Shown here in pieces: positions 25,534-39,389 of a DNA stretch of 64,000 nucleotides. Position numbers and translations under genes: made by a program. Position 1 is the stretch's first letter. Each line of letters begins with the position of its first letter. Location: positions 923,713-987,712 of the forward strand of contig CAJFCJ010000004.1 in NCBI GenBank assembly GCA_904063045.1, written 5' to 3'. The notes under the pieces were generated by a model. That model had not been told where the DNA came from and ran no database searches. It worked only from the letters and a program-made list of their open reading frames with translations. The DNA is from Dimorphilus gyrociliatus (lineage: Eukaryota > Animalia > Annelida).

Positions 25534-27660
25534 CTCTCACCTACCGTCACTTCTACCTTTTTATTTGTCTATTATATTTAATTCGATAATTATGCTTTTA
25601 ATTGTTTCATTATCCTCTTTTAAATGTAAAGCTCTTTAATTTTGAATTGTCAACTAACAATACCTATTCTTCTTTTATGACGAGTTAAGTCACAGGAGAG
25701 TTTCACTATATTTACTTCTGTTTTTTTTTCTTATTTTTCCCATCGTGTCAAGTACGAAGTCCTTTTTTTATTTTTATTTCTCTTTTGATTTCTTTCTTCT
25801 CTGAGTTAGGCCTAAATAAAAGATAATTGTTGATATTAAGGGAAAAATTAGTTAAAATGAAAAAAATTTTTTATGCCGGTCTATATATCATACTGAATAA
25901 AAAAAAAGGAATAAGGGTAAATAAAAGTTTTTCACATTCAGTCAGTCTAATAGCGATTTGAACGGAAATGAACAGGTGCGCCGGCCAATTACAGTCATTC
26001 ACAATTCACCGAGCATCGCTGACACGTAAAGCGCTCATTACGTCATGGTCGATCCGTGTAATTAGCGATCTTGCCGATAATTTTAGCGCTTTTGTGGGGG
26101 TACTTAAAGAATTTGAGTAATCAAAGGCTTTTAAATTTTAGGTGCTGTTCATTTTTGTTCATTTTCTAAGGTTGCGCTTAGCCCTATAATAAAGGAATTG
26201 AATGACGAAAGTTGCATAGGCCTAACCAAAAGAGAGTTGTTTTCTACTTCTTTAAGTTTTCAAGACGAAATAGAAATAATACATTATAATTTTGTTTTAA
26301 CTCTAAGTGAAAGTTTGTTGCATTTATCAAATTTATATATCCATAAAAAATAATCCAAGTATCACTGCTTAATACTCTTTCTTTATCTATCAATCTTTTG
26401 CCATAGCCGTTATTTACAGTTTTTTATTATACAAACTGGAAAAGGGATAAATGTTAAATCTGGTAATCTAAATCAATTTATTTAAATAGTTTATGGCAAA
26501 GTTTGTAACATTTTTTTAAAATAGTTCTTAACTTTAAGTTATTATCTAATTTAACGAATAAACGTCCATTTTCTCAGTGAGAAAATTGAAAAAAGTTGAA
26601 TGTTATAAATAGGCTGAGAAAAATTTCTTTTCTCTATCAGATATCATGGGTAGTGGTGCATAAAGTTTTTAACAGCTTATTCGACCGTTGGTCTTGTATA
26701 GCTAGTTAGGAAAAATTGGATGCCGTTTTGTAAACGAATATTTAAGAAGTGCTATTAGAATACGAATAAATTAACATAAGTTATATATAACTATATAACA
26801 GTTAACTAATTCAATAATAATGAAAAAGTATTAATAAATATTCAATGATTAGTTTATTTAAAAAGGAAAAAGTTAAATATTTTGAAGTTACTACTTTACC
26901 CTTTTTCTAGACTAATTCCATACGCTTAAGGAACCACTAAAGTGAAATTTTACACTTAATAGAAGGTATTGAATGTATTAGAGGTAAATAGATAGATCGC
27001 AAAAAAGTAGAACTAATAAGAACGTAACAGGTTAGAGTATTCATCTTTTGTTAAAGCAAAAATGTACGATTAGTAGACTCTATTATGTGTGCTTTTCGAC
27101 TAATTTTTCTTTATAGAATAAGTTTAATTAAGGGTAAACTAAATTTATACTTCCAAAATAGGAATATAATGTAATATTCAACAAATAAGAAAACTGAAAA
27201 AACAATAATTCCCTATAGTTATTTAATTATTTAAAAAGAAAGATAATTGAAGCTGGTCAGGAAATTTTTTATGTAAAAAGGAGATTCAGGAGAACAGCTG
27301 CAGCACAAGAAAAAAATAGTTTCTGGTTTATGTCAAGGTGGATGCGAGCAGACAGATCTTGAAAAGAACACACATTATCACTCAAAAGACAGATAGTTAT
27401 CTCTAAGTAAATTTCGACCGGCTTCTCATCACTGACAAATAGTTTTTATTCGTCGGTGGCAAGTTCAATGCGTCGCTGGGAAATTGTAGGTTTGATGTGT
27501 TGGCCCTTGTTTAGTTGTTGTTTATTTTTCAAAAGAGTCGTACAATGTTCTAAAACCTTTAAAAGAAGAGAATATAACACTTTTACTTATCTTCCTTTAT
27601 TATACATAAAGCAATTCAAGAGAAAAATTTCAATTTTTAACCCAAGGGAAAAGGTATTAA

Positions 27661-27679
27661 AGAGAGAGAGAGAGAGAGA
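27661..27679. repeat. (GA)n microsatellite within a purine-rich tract
   Basis: Direct reading of the sequence. Confidence 0.9.
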
Positions 27680-28957
27680 AGAAAGAGAGATATAGACAGA
27701 TAGAGGGATGGAGAGATATGTAGGAAAAGAAAGACGCGCACTCCACACCCACATACATATAGAATGCTAAAGCAAGAAATACATTTATTCTCTGTCATGT
27801 CAGGAAGACAACTAAACAATTTAATTGATCATCCAATTCATGGTAAAAAAATTTAAGCTTATGAAAGGGCAGTTAATGATAAATTCTTGTTCATTGACTG
27901 ACAAAAAAATGTCTAAATGTGAATATTTTCCCCTACTGTATAGGATAAAGTTACCAGTAAACCGCAGAAAATTACTTAACATTTCGTCATAATCGTTGAG
28001 AACCCGTGAATAATTGACACATTGACGTTTACTCCTTAACTACATATTAAAATATTTCAATATAACAAACAAACAAAAATAAATGTTCATACATATTTAT
28101 TCTCTCTTTGTAATGAGGAGTTCAACTATAATATATATTCAAATTTATACTCTTTTCTATAGTGTTCATCTAAATGTTCTCTTCAAAAAAAAAAAAGAAA
28201 AAACAAGTCCTTATTATCTTTAAGAGATAATGCTTTTGCATGTAAGAAGTATAAAAAAAATGAGATTATAAAAGGTACTTTTTTTATCGGCTTTCAATTT
28301 CCTGAATTCATTTTCATCAGTGTATGTTAATCGCAATTTTATATTAAAATGTAGAGCAAAATTATATATATATATATATATATAAAGATTAACATTGACT
28401 TACTACTCTCAATAAAAAACTGTTATATCTATTATTTTTTCTGATTGTTTGACTAATCTCTTAAACTTAATTTAGGGAAATTAAGGAGGAATTAATAATT
28501 AAAATGTTTATGAATTTTCTAAATTTTAATAAAAAGGTTCGTATTTAGGTCGGAAATTAAATATATTATTTCTTTATTGATAGAATTATTAAATATTATG
28601 CTATAAAGATAACAATTCGGCTCCTATTGAACATCATTTTCAAGGTAAAAAATTATGACATACTAATATAATAGAAAGAAAGAAAAAAATGAAGAAACTA
28701 TAAAGATGAATGAAATATGAAAAAAAAAGTTTGCAAAGGACTAATATTTTTAGGGAGCTAACACGTGACTGTGTTGTCACAAGATTTGTATATAATCAAT
28801 CATTCATTGAGTGTTTCTCTTTTTTTTTAAAATAAAAAATTATGATCGATAAATTTTATTCATTTTTATATTCATAGCACGATTTATTAAATAAAAAAAT
28901 AGTTTAAATAATTTCCTTTTCTTTCTTTTCTCGCCCCCGACCTTCTATATATCTGTC

Positions 28958-28960
<3 letters not shown>

Positions 28961-28994
<34 letters not shown>
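28961..28994. repeat. (CT)n microsatellite
   Basis: Direct reading of the sequence. Confidence 0.95.
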
Positions 28995-28997
<3 letters not shown>

Positions 28998-29721
28998 CTC
29001 CCTTTGCTATATAGGTCTGTTTATCCCCTCTTTACTTTCTTTCGTTTCTATTTATGTTTTGTAGAACAAAGAGCTTTCTATTCTTTGCTGGAGAAACTTT
29101 CCTTTATCTCTTGTTTGTTTATGAGAGATACATAGCAGCATAAATATTAGGAGAATATTCCAAATAAAAGTAACGAAAAATCAAGATTGATAAGATATTA
29201 ACAATAAAGATAGACAAATAACACTAATAACAATAGTAATGAAGAAAATGTTATGCAATTAGTTCAAAATTAATTCGAATAAATTAATATAATAAATCAA
29301 TAAATTATTCCCTGTTTCTCAAGTGTGATTCATAATAAAAAAATCTAAACATTAGATTTGATATGATTCTTTATCGTTTACAGTTTATTTAATATATTTA
29401 TTTATGAATTGATAAATAACTGAAATAAATGAATAATAGCCAAGTATAACAGAATATTAAATGAATTAAAGATGTTACCAAGAAGAATTTAAAATACTTA
29501 AGTATTTAAAAAGCAACAAATGTTAGCTTCTTTTGATAACTTTATAGAAAACCAACACAACGGTTTAAATACACAATTTGGGATTTTCTATCTTATATGA
29601 TAAAGGCATACTTGTGTAAAACTATGTACACTTTTTCACAATTCAAATATATATAGAAAGAGAGAGAGTGGAAGCAAGAAGAAGAAGTGAGAGAGTGAGA
29701 AAGAGGGAGAGGGAGAGGTAG

Positions 29722-29722
<1 letters not shown>

Positions 29723-29760
<38 letters not shown>

Positions 29761-29761
29761 C

Positions 29762-29792
<31 letters not shown>
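29723..29792. repeat. Compound (GATA)n plus (GA)n microsatellite
   Basis: About nine GATA units followed by a GA run, inside a purine tract at about 29655-29800. Confidence 0.95.
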
Positions 29793-30449
29793 CATAGATA
29801 GACTCATACGCAAGCATCCCCATGCATAAATATATACAGTATACAGTTCATTTGAAGCATTCCAAAAAGAAAATATTAGGCCTCCTTTAAAAAATCTTGT
29901 CCTCGTAAATAACTAACCATTTTAACGTTTTTTGGTCGGGTTGACATTTTAATAGAGCTATAGCAAGGGATCGATCGATTTTGCGAAAATAAAAATTTGT
30001 TATAAAATGATGAAGGCCTAGGAGCGGAGGATTTTTCCAAAAGTAAGTAGAACAGACTGCCTGGCGCCAGATATTCCCCATTAACATTCAGTACGCACGT
30101 GCTGCAATTTACCAACAGTTTGGTGCTGTTTGGTGCAGTATCAAAGAGCTCATCTATTAGGGATTTTCGGGGTTCTATCTGATCTTTAAGAGGTATATTT
30201 GAGATTTTTATTGACCTATTAGAAACTTGTGATAGAACATTAAAAAATGATAAATATTTTGGTCAAATTCCAGCTTTAATGGATTTTGTAGAATTCCTAG
30301 AATCGTAGGGAAAAACTCTCTAGAAAGTAGACTACGCCCTCACTTCACTTTTATTTAGCTATATAACATAACATATGCGCTTGATTGAAATCCAACGTTG
30401 TCGGGGCTGTTCGTTTTAAACCAACTTTACGCCGATTAACGGTCGATCA

Positions 30450-30463
30450 ACGCCAGAGGGCGC
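30450..30463 (+). promoter_or_regulatory. CTCF-like motif (ACGCCAGAGGGCGC) in an intergenic GC-rich island
   Basis: Close match to the CTCF core CCASYAGRKGGCRS. Sequence match only; binding is not shown. Confidence 0.4.
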
Positions 30464-31032
30464 CCCAGAAATCAAAGAAAAAACCGCTCTTTTATTCTAG
30501 CCGCCCCAGGTGCGCCATTTTTTTGCTTGTGAAAAACGATAGCATCTCTTTAATGAAGTCCGACGAAGGTTATATACATATCGTCATCAGTTAATGGCTT
30601 TTTTCTTCGAAAAATAGTTCAGCCATTCTTTGAAAATTCCCGAGTTAAACTTTCATTCTAAGTAATAAATAATATAGAAGGAAAAAATGTATTTTTTAAG
30701 GAAAAGAAGCCGTCTCTTTCTAGTTTAACATTAATACCCTAATATAGATATAATACGCATACATATACTGTACATACACATACACAAAAGTCTCCTTCCA
30801 ATACACTATTACATATCTACACAGACAAATGATCTATTAATAAATTTACTTAGTTTCGTTGTATTAATAACCTTCTTTTTAATATCGCACTTATCTACAA
30901 CCTTAAAAAATTTTGTTCTTTTTATCAATTCTATGATCAGAAATCCAATCTTTTTATGATATATTATAAATTAATAAAAAAAAAGGAATTCTGAAAAAAG
31001 ACACTTATTCCAGAGATGTTGTTTTTAAAAAA

Positions 31033-31046
31033 CCAGTAGATGGCGC
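31033..31046 (+). promoter_or_regulatory. CTCF-like motif (CCAGTAGATGGCGC), intergenic
   Basis: Matches the CTCF core consensus at all 14 positions in AT-rich surroundings. Sequence match only. Confidence 0.45.
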
Positions 31047-31306
31047 AAATTCTCTCTGATAATAAAAAAACCTATCTACGTTTAAATGTTAAAAGTTAAG
31101 TACTTAATCTTTTTGGAAAGAGAAGTAACATTATGATATAAATAATATTATCATACTTTTCCTGATAAGGATATAAAGATATTTTAGAAAACGCATAGTT
31201 TCAATTTGTTATGAAGCGAAATCGGAAGATTAACGTTGTTCTTAGGAGCAATCTGAAAAAGAAATTCCATTGATTTTTAGGAAAATGTATAGATAAACAT
31301 ATACTG

Positions 31307-31339
<33 letters not shown>

Positions 31340-32979
31340 ACTATATACCAAATTGCATGACTTGACCTTTAAAAATTATTCATCTTGTTTAAAATAATAA
31401 TAATAATAAAAGCAATCTCTATCAATAATCTTCATGGTCATCAGAAAATCCAATATAATACTTATTGACATCTAGAAAGGATTATTTTGCACTATTCATT
31501 TTAAAATATAAACAATACAAGTACAACAGAGGCTTCATTTAGTTGAATAAAAATGCAAAATATTGTAGTTTAACTGTCAAGAATAAAATATGAAAATTAT
31601 GACTATGACCTAGAAAAATGATAAATACGTTAAAAGTATGTCCTGCATATGATAGTAATAATAGTAACAATAATAATAATTGATCTAACTGTGTAATAGA
31701 GTTCATACAATCGAAAAATTATAGAAGATGAAAAAATTTATTAATATTTCTATTTAAAATGTTGAGTTTTGATTGTTTCTCTTGATAATTGATATCCTGC
31801 CTTTATGCTGTAATAATTGTGATAACCTATTATAAATAATTTCACTTACATTTAGATATAAACTATAAATACAACACAAAATCAAAATTTTACTCAATAG
31901 TTATCAATATCAACTTCCATAGTATCAGATTGTTGGATTTTTTCAAGAAAATGAATAAGTCATTCATTCTTTTGGTAAATATTACATGGATTTTAATATA
32001 GATATCCTTTGTTATTGCTTTTGATCTCTATTTTAGGTCATTTTCATTACGTTAAGCGTAACGATCGACGCTTTTTCATTGGATGAGAGAAGTGCTCCAT
32101 CTTCCAAAAATAGTTTGAAGCCTTACTGTAAAGAGTTAAGAAAGGTTAGAGACTATGATAATTGACACAAATTATAATAACTATAAGTATATTTTTAACA
32201 CATCGATAGATCTGTAAAGAGAAATGTAAAGATTTAAAGAAGAAGCGTTTGAGAGTAATAAAATATCTTTAACATTTCTAAATACTGACTAAAATACTAA
32301 TTGATATATCCGATATAGGTAAGATGCAGAGATGGATGTAGATGCTCTTTTCACGATTGTGTCGACAAAATCAAAGAAACATTGGGAAAATAAAGATATT
32401 CTGTAATTTTTGCTAATAATTCTTTCAATATTCAGTTGACCTTTTAGTATTTTAATTAGAAATAGTTATATATAGTTAAGTAATAAACATTTAAAGAAAT
32501 AACTGTATTTTAACAATAAACGTTCTAGAGTTGTTTGTTTCTGTTTTTTTATTGAAATATATAGTTCAGCATCTATACTGCTAATTTTATAGTATGTTCA
32601 ATATCTTAATCTCACCACTATCATTACAAAATATTGTCCTGTATATGGAACAAAATCATTGTATCTTCAAAATATCAATCTATTTTTGCTCTAATTGAAA
32701 AATTTCATTATGTTTGATTGTTTTCAATCATAATTCGAAAGAAATGAAAGGTGTATAATTTGAGATGCTAATAAATGTAATTATAACAATTGAGAATGAA
32801 TACTACCACACTTAAAGAATAGTAATTAGAGAGTTTAACATATTTCTGGATAATATATCTTGAAAATTGTTAAATTAGATGTGAAACTGCGGTTTAAAAA
32901 GGTAAGTTATCTTGAAAATAAAGAGTTCCTTTTTGTTTAATTGAAATGACAAGGACTGAAATTGTAGATAAGTAAAAAC

Positions 32980-34296
32980 TTATTCGTTTGTGTCGTTAGT
33001 CCTTTCAAATTGATCACAATTAGCTTCAGTTGATGTTAAGTGATAACCATTTGTCTTTAGCAATCGTTTCTTACACACTCGTAGGCATTTTTTAACTGAA
33101 TCTCTGAACTTCCTATCTGCCACACAGTAAAGTATGCAATTAAAACAAAAGTTTATTCCTTGAATCATGTTCAATATTTGAGAAAGTTTCTTGTTAAGTT
33201 GTTGACTACTTAATCTTTGATCCTTAAATAGATGAAATTTTAGCAAATCCGCCGGGAGAACCAAAATAAATTGTAGAAATATTATTATTACTAATATGAT
33301 TGATATGTAAATAGTATTTCTTTTTGTTGTTTGAGATCCAAATTGTTGCTTTTGCTCCATCCTCATTTTCCGTATAGTTATAAATAGTAAAACATTACAA
33401 CAGATAAGCATCAAATAGGGTAATACTATGAATAGGGCTGGCCAAACTTGATAATGGTATATATCCCTAATAAAAGAATAAGGGATAATGTATCTTTTCG
33501 TAAGTATTGTGAAATGATTATATTGTTTATAGAACTTACCAAGACTTAGTTGATTTTCTCCTGGAATGATCATGATATCTTGGTACAACTCGATAAAGAG
33601 TTGTATTATTCATTTTACATGACTCTATTTTTGCTCTTATGATTTTAGGTATCATAGCTGCACCACATATAATCAACACGAAAATAAAAATCATAATTGA
33701 CTTCTTGGTCGTTAGAAATGAACGGATTTTGATAGGCCAGCTTATCACTAAACATCTTTCCATCGCAACAATTACCGTTATCCATGTACTTAGAGTGAGA
33801 AAGAAGTTAATGGCATGAGTTCCAAAGATATTATAGTATAAAGCAAGCTTAAATTTATAAGGATTGTTCGCATCCATGTTATGAAAATAAACCAATGGTA
33901 TAGTAAATAAATTATAACCAAGATCTGAAACTGCCAAACATAAGAAGCCTAAATTAGCTCTAAACTCCAAATCACCCAGCTTTCCATAATGTAATTTATG
34001 GCCAAATACTGAAATATTTAACGAATTACCAATTATTCCAAGTAAAGCAGAGACTGTTCGTACATAAACTGTCCACACAAAACCAAGATATGAGTAAGAT
34101 TCAATAGCTTTACAATCTCCAGAAAATTTAATCCTATTCAGAAATAATGTTACATCCCTTGCAAAAAGATCATCATATTCATAATCTATATAGAGGTAAT
34201 TATTATTATCAACATTTCTTTAGAATTCTAGTTAAAAGCCAATAATGAAAAAATTTATAGAATGTAGTTACCTGAATAGTTGGCAATATCATTCAT
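32980..34296 (-). CDS. Class A (rhodopsin-like) GPCR, FMRFamide/peptide-receptor-like, 3 exons
   Basis: Exons 34296-34272 (MNDIANYS), 34185-33540 and 33466-32980, with in-phase GT-AG introns of 86 and 73 nt. GIIGNSLN (TM1), LAVSDL (TM2), AMERCLVISWP (ERC), VWPALFIVLPY (TM5), LVLPAD (TM6), INFCFNCILY (TM7), DRKFR (helix 8). Confidence 0.88.
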
Positions 34297-36287
34297 ATTT
34301 TCGACTTGGTCTATTAAGATAAAAAGAAGGTTAATTAGGAAAAGTTAAGAAATTTTAACTTATTTGCTGTTAATAAGGATCACATTTATCATTATAAATA
34401 CATATAATTTTATTATAAATGCCAATAAAGAACGGTAATGCTTGTAATCTGTAGTTTAAAGATTATATATGTAGTTTTACGTCAATTTAATGCAATAAAC
34501 GATTGTTTTTTACCAAAAAACAAATTAATTATAGGTAAAACAAGAAACACATCTGATATATAGATATTCTAATATTTCATAATAGATGACCATTTATTAA
34601 TTAAATATTAAGTAACTACATTTATACTCTGACCATCTACTTTTTCTTATAAAAAACAAAGCTGAGAATGTTTATCATCCAAAATATAACTAATTTTCAA
34701 TGAAAATCATATATAATATATTAATGATTTAATTATTATTAATTTTTATATTTATCCTATTCTTTCTTTTAAACTTAGTTTCTTATTAGTTGATAAGAAA
34801 TGACCTTCTTAAAGTACATTAATTAAAATTAATGCATGTTTTGACCCAAGATTAAATTGCCTTTTTTTTGTTCCCGACACGATTAAATCTCTTCTTATAA
34901 TACTAATGCATTAGTACCTCTTCAATATTTATTTTTAGACAGTGGAAAGAAGGGAAAATTTGTCAATTTAAAAAAAAGAGACTAGCAGAAAATAGAGTTA
35001 GCAGAGAGTGGTATGAGACAGATAGATAGATTGCCAAGATTGAAGGAAAGATGAAAAAGGCAGGAAACAAGAGAAAGAGTTAGATAGGAAGAGAAAGCGA
35101 CTGAGTGACGAAAAGAAAGAAGGTTTAAAGTAAATTATAAAATGGGTTGAATTAAATTATTTATTACTTTATGTCTTTGTACCGTGTATAAAAAAAATAA
35201 AAAAGAAGGAAAGAAATATAATTAATAAAGCTATTTCGCCATATTTAAGAATCAATATCCCATGTAGATCTCTATTGAATATTGAATATAACTAAATATT
35301 TTATAATAAAACTCAATAAAAGGTAAAAATGAAGATACTAAACTGAAATATTAAAATATAGGAAACTATTCAAAGCTTATAAACTTTTCTCCTTTTTTTA
35401 TATAGTCTTCTATTATTTCTTTTTAAATTCTATTGATCTGTAAGAATTTTAAATGTAGTATTCGATTTACAAACTTTTAAAGCCCTTCTATAAAAAATGT
35501 TTATTTATATAGTATACTATACGACATAGGTTTAAAGTTCATTTTTGAGATTATTGAGCAAAATTGGTCTGATTTGGTTTGCTTTATTTTTGAGAAGAAC
35601 TTATCGTATTAAAAATGATTGAATTATTAATATTACTAATTATACGACGTAGAGTAATGTATTGCTAGATAATAGCAATTTCGCTATACTATTACTTACT
35701 TTTTGTCTTCTCCAAAGCATAATTTCCTTTTTTGGACAAGCGAAACGTATTCAGTATGCTCTACATATTAAAATTAACTACATACATAGATGTCGCTTTA
35801 TACTCTTAGAAGACGAAATCATTTATTATGCTTATGACATTTGTATAAAATAGAAATATCAGCATATTTCTTTAATCTCTCTCTATCTCTCTTTCTCTTT
35901 CTCTTTTGTTTAAAGTTTTAATAGTTGTAATAATAATAAGAAAGTAGGAAGTATGGTAAAAAAGAAAAAGTCTTAGCCTCTTCAATTATTAACTGGCGGT
36001 TGAAAATTTAAGGTAGTGTCGAATTTTGCCAAAGGCCTTCCTCTTGGGTAAATATTAACAGAAATAGTACAATAAAAGAAAAACAAATTTGACAGAACAC
36101 CTTTAAAACTGTTATTGTTCACTACAAGACTTACCAGTATATATGTTAATAACGGTTTTTCAATTTCTAATAGCGTTTTCTTTGTGAAAAAACTTTTAAA
36201 TATTTTTACAGCAATGCAGTTTGAAAACTCTGGCTCACGAAAGACTTTAACGTAGAAAATAAGACACACACGCATATACTTTATATA

Positions 36288-36318
36288 TACTGTATATATA
36301 CTGTATATGTATACTGTA
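36288..36318. repeat. Three closely spaced TACTGTA motifs in a TA-rich tract (Tc1-type excision-footprint-like)
   Basis: TACTGTA at 36288-36294, 36299-36305 and 36312-36318. Confidence 0.5.
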
Positions 36319-37019
36319 TTGATGATTATAACTTTGTCAAGATTGATACTCTTTTTACGACTGTAATTTAACACTGAAATTGGCAACAATTAAGATTTTT
36401 GTGACCAAGCATCCTATAGTTTAAAGATAAAGCTAGAGAATAATAATATGAAAGGCACTTGTTAGGTAAAAATCAGTTTTCTAGTAGGATGTGGTAAAAA
36501 AATGGTACAAATTTTTACTATATATAGTTCTTAATTCAATTATAAACAAGATTAGTTTGTAATTAATGCGTTAATTACGGTATTTAATTAACTTACCATA
36601 CATTATATAATTTATATATACATATATATATATATGTATATATGTATATATGTACAGATAACTATATATAGCAAACGTAATAAGAGTTTTGCTTAAAAGG
36701 ATAATTTAGCTTAGAGATGTTATAGATATATCAGAAATAGCATATCATATCTTCATATTTTAATTATATAAAAAAGAATGAATTTAAAAAAAAAGACATA
36801 CTTATTAATAAATGATTAAGTGTAATAAGTCTATTTTTAAAATGTCTCTATATTGAGAAAATTGGTTATCTCTTTGTCGATATCTTGTAGTTTTGTTTCT
36901 TTTAATAGCAATTATAAAAATAAAATTTCATCTGTTAAGTAAATTGAATATCAAATCAATTGTTAAAGCTGTAAATGGTACAAATATACTAAAGTGTAGA
37001 ATAGCATGTATTAGAGTAA

Positions 37020-37914
37020 TCAAACATCACGCATAATGGTATCAGTTTCAAATTTTTTTGTTATAAATTGAACAGTTGGTGCTTTAATTACATAATTTCC
37101 ACAGATTGCTCTTATTTGTCGTATTTTAAGTTCTTCGTTTGCATGTAAAATTATCTTCGCTTTGGAAGAACTCTCTTCAAGCCATATGTCTGATGATGTA
37201 ATAGAAAATCCTAATTCTCTTTTAAAATATGCGCAATGGTCTGCTATTTCCGTCAATTTTGAGAGGAGTTTGCAAATTGTACGCTTTTCCATGAAATTTG
37301 CTCTTTTTTTCGGACACCGTGTATTTTTAACACTATATGTTAACTCCTCGTCTATCCTTAATAAATCTCTCGTCTCGTTTCTCTGTTCTGAAACAACTAC
37401 CCAATCGCATGAAACACGAATGATACGAATTTTCCACTGGTGAAATGTCATATCAGAATTTGAATTGTTAATTCTTTTTACGCATGCTCTAGAGGTGCTG
37501 CATAAAGAGTACATTGAATTAAACATGTTTATGTAAAAAGACGGTTCGTGACGATTATCTGAAACTCTTTTAATAGTCCAATAAGTTGCCTGTTGGATAT
37601 TTTTTACCAGGGTTAGCGTTGATTCTCCCTTTCCAGCAAAAGAGTTCTTTAGATAGCATCCCTCATATTCAATATTCTCCAGCAAATATTTTTCATTCTC
37701 TACATTGACAATCTACAAGGAAAGTATTATCTTTTAATAAATCCATTATTTTAAGGAAAAAAAGTACCTTCCACAAGCAACTAGGCTCTTCTAAAACTCT
37801 CCCCAATTCTACACTATTGCAGTAAATCTTATTTGACCCGTCATCATATATTAAACGCCTTTCAGACTTTGCAACAGATTCAATGTGAACCACTTTATTA
37901 CAAAAATCCATCAT
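37020..37914 (-). CDS. Uncharacterised 279-aa protein, paralogue B; putative beta-trefoil plus aerolysin-type pore-forming protein
   Basis: Exons 37914-37768 and 37712-37020, joined by a 55-nt phase-0 intron after CLWK. Shares motifs and intron position with 38457-39389. No signal peptide. The fold call is inference. Confidence 0.75.
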
Positions 37915-38456
37915 GTAAACTGTGATATACAGATCCTTGAAAACTAAGAAATGGTTATTAACGATTTAAAAGAGAAAGTAACATTTTATAATACAGCTTA
38001 CATAATCAAGTTATTAAATGACCAAAAATGTAATTTTAGAATATCCTTTTATCGTTAATAATTGCAAAAGTCAGTTACTCTTTTAGTTGAAATAGCAAAT
38101 ATAGATGAGAAAAGAGGCCAGTTTACTGAATAAAATTCTTCAATATTGAAATATTTGACACTCTTTATCTTTTTAGTATAGCCTATATAATGAACTTTTT
38201 TCTACTAGTTTAAAGAAAGTTTTTGCTAGTTAATTGAATGATTTATTACAGAACAATGAGATGTATAATTCAGATAATTAATGAGATAGATAATTATAGT
38301 CTATTTTGTAAATAAATAGTATTCTGTATTGTAATCTAAATTCTAAAAATGCAAGAGAATGTAGTATTGAAATCATATACTTAACAAGTACACATACAGT
38401 ATAAATATATTAAGCATGGTATATTAGTTTTAGTGATAGAGATATAACTGAATAAT

Positions 38457-39389
38457 TTATTCTATATCTTCTATTTTGCAGTCAATACTATTTGTTTTTA
38501 TGACATATGGTCCATAAAAGCCTGTTAGTTGAAATACAGTTAGTTTACGTTTTGGCTGTATGTCTCTGTACTGTTCAGAACATTTGACAGCTTTTCCTTC
38601 CAATTGAGATATAGCAAAACTGATACAGGTGTCCAATTCTTGAAATACTTTATTAATCGCACAAGCCAATTGCTCATTTGCTACTATGGATTCTCCATGA
38701 GTATTAAAAACTCCTACTTTCGAAGTAATGCTTATTCTTAGCTTTTCTGATGTCAGATTGGTAACCTCTTTTAGAAGTACACGATTTTTACAAACCTGAA
38801 TTGGATGTAATAGCCAAGTATTTTTCTCCTTTTTTGACGATCCGTGCATAGCGAGTCCAGATTTATGGGGTTGTACTACATGATTATTATGAGGACTTCT
38901 GATGTAATATTGATCTTTTCTCTCAGTAGCTGTACTATCTTGTTCAAAGCTTTCAATTTTCCACCTACCCCTTTCTTTGAAGGGTAATTTTTTAAGACTC
39001 ATATAAAATTTCTGTTTTTTACGCCGGTCCGAGGCGTATAAATAGTATTCTCTATACTCCATATTTTCAATGGTAACATATCCATCGTTTTCAGCTTTTA
39101 TCTAAAAATATTAAATATGATATTAACATGTATTTTACCTATTTATTAACTTTAACGCCTTCACTACCCCGACCAAAATATGTTGAATATATCTACATCA
39201 TTATAAAAATTAAAGAACAAGTACCTTCCATAAACAGTTTAAATTTTGAAACACTTCCTCTCTAGTGTATCTGGTATGAAGCACTCGATTAGGTATAAAA
39301 TCATCATTTTCATCAATTGCATTCAACCATTCATCATCGCACTTAACAGACTCGAAACATACTATTTTATCGTTGAAATCAATCGACAT
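38457..39389 (-). CDS. Uncharacterised 269-aa protein, paralogue A; putative beta-trefoil plus aerolysin-type pore-forming protein
   Basis: Exons 39389-39225 and 39101-38457, joined by a phase-0 intron after CLWK. Repeated W-K/L-I/L strands in the N-terminal half; Ser/Thr-rich beta-like C-terminal half ending QPKRKLTVFQLTGFYGPYVIKT. No signal peptide. The fold call is inference. Confidence 0.78.

Noticed and set aside
33467-33588. Overlapping GPCR ORFs in different frames suggesting a frameshift, pseudogene or programmed recoding
   Set aside because: A canonical 73-nt intron (33539-33467, tg|gtaagt...ttag|g) restores the frame (KSW-DIYHYQVWP).
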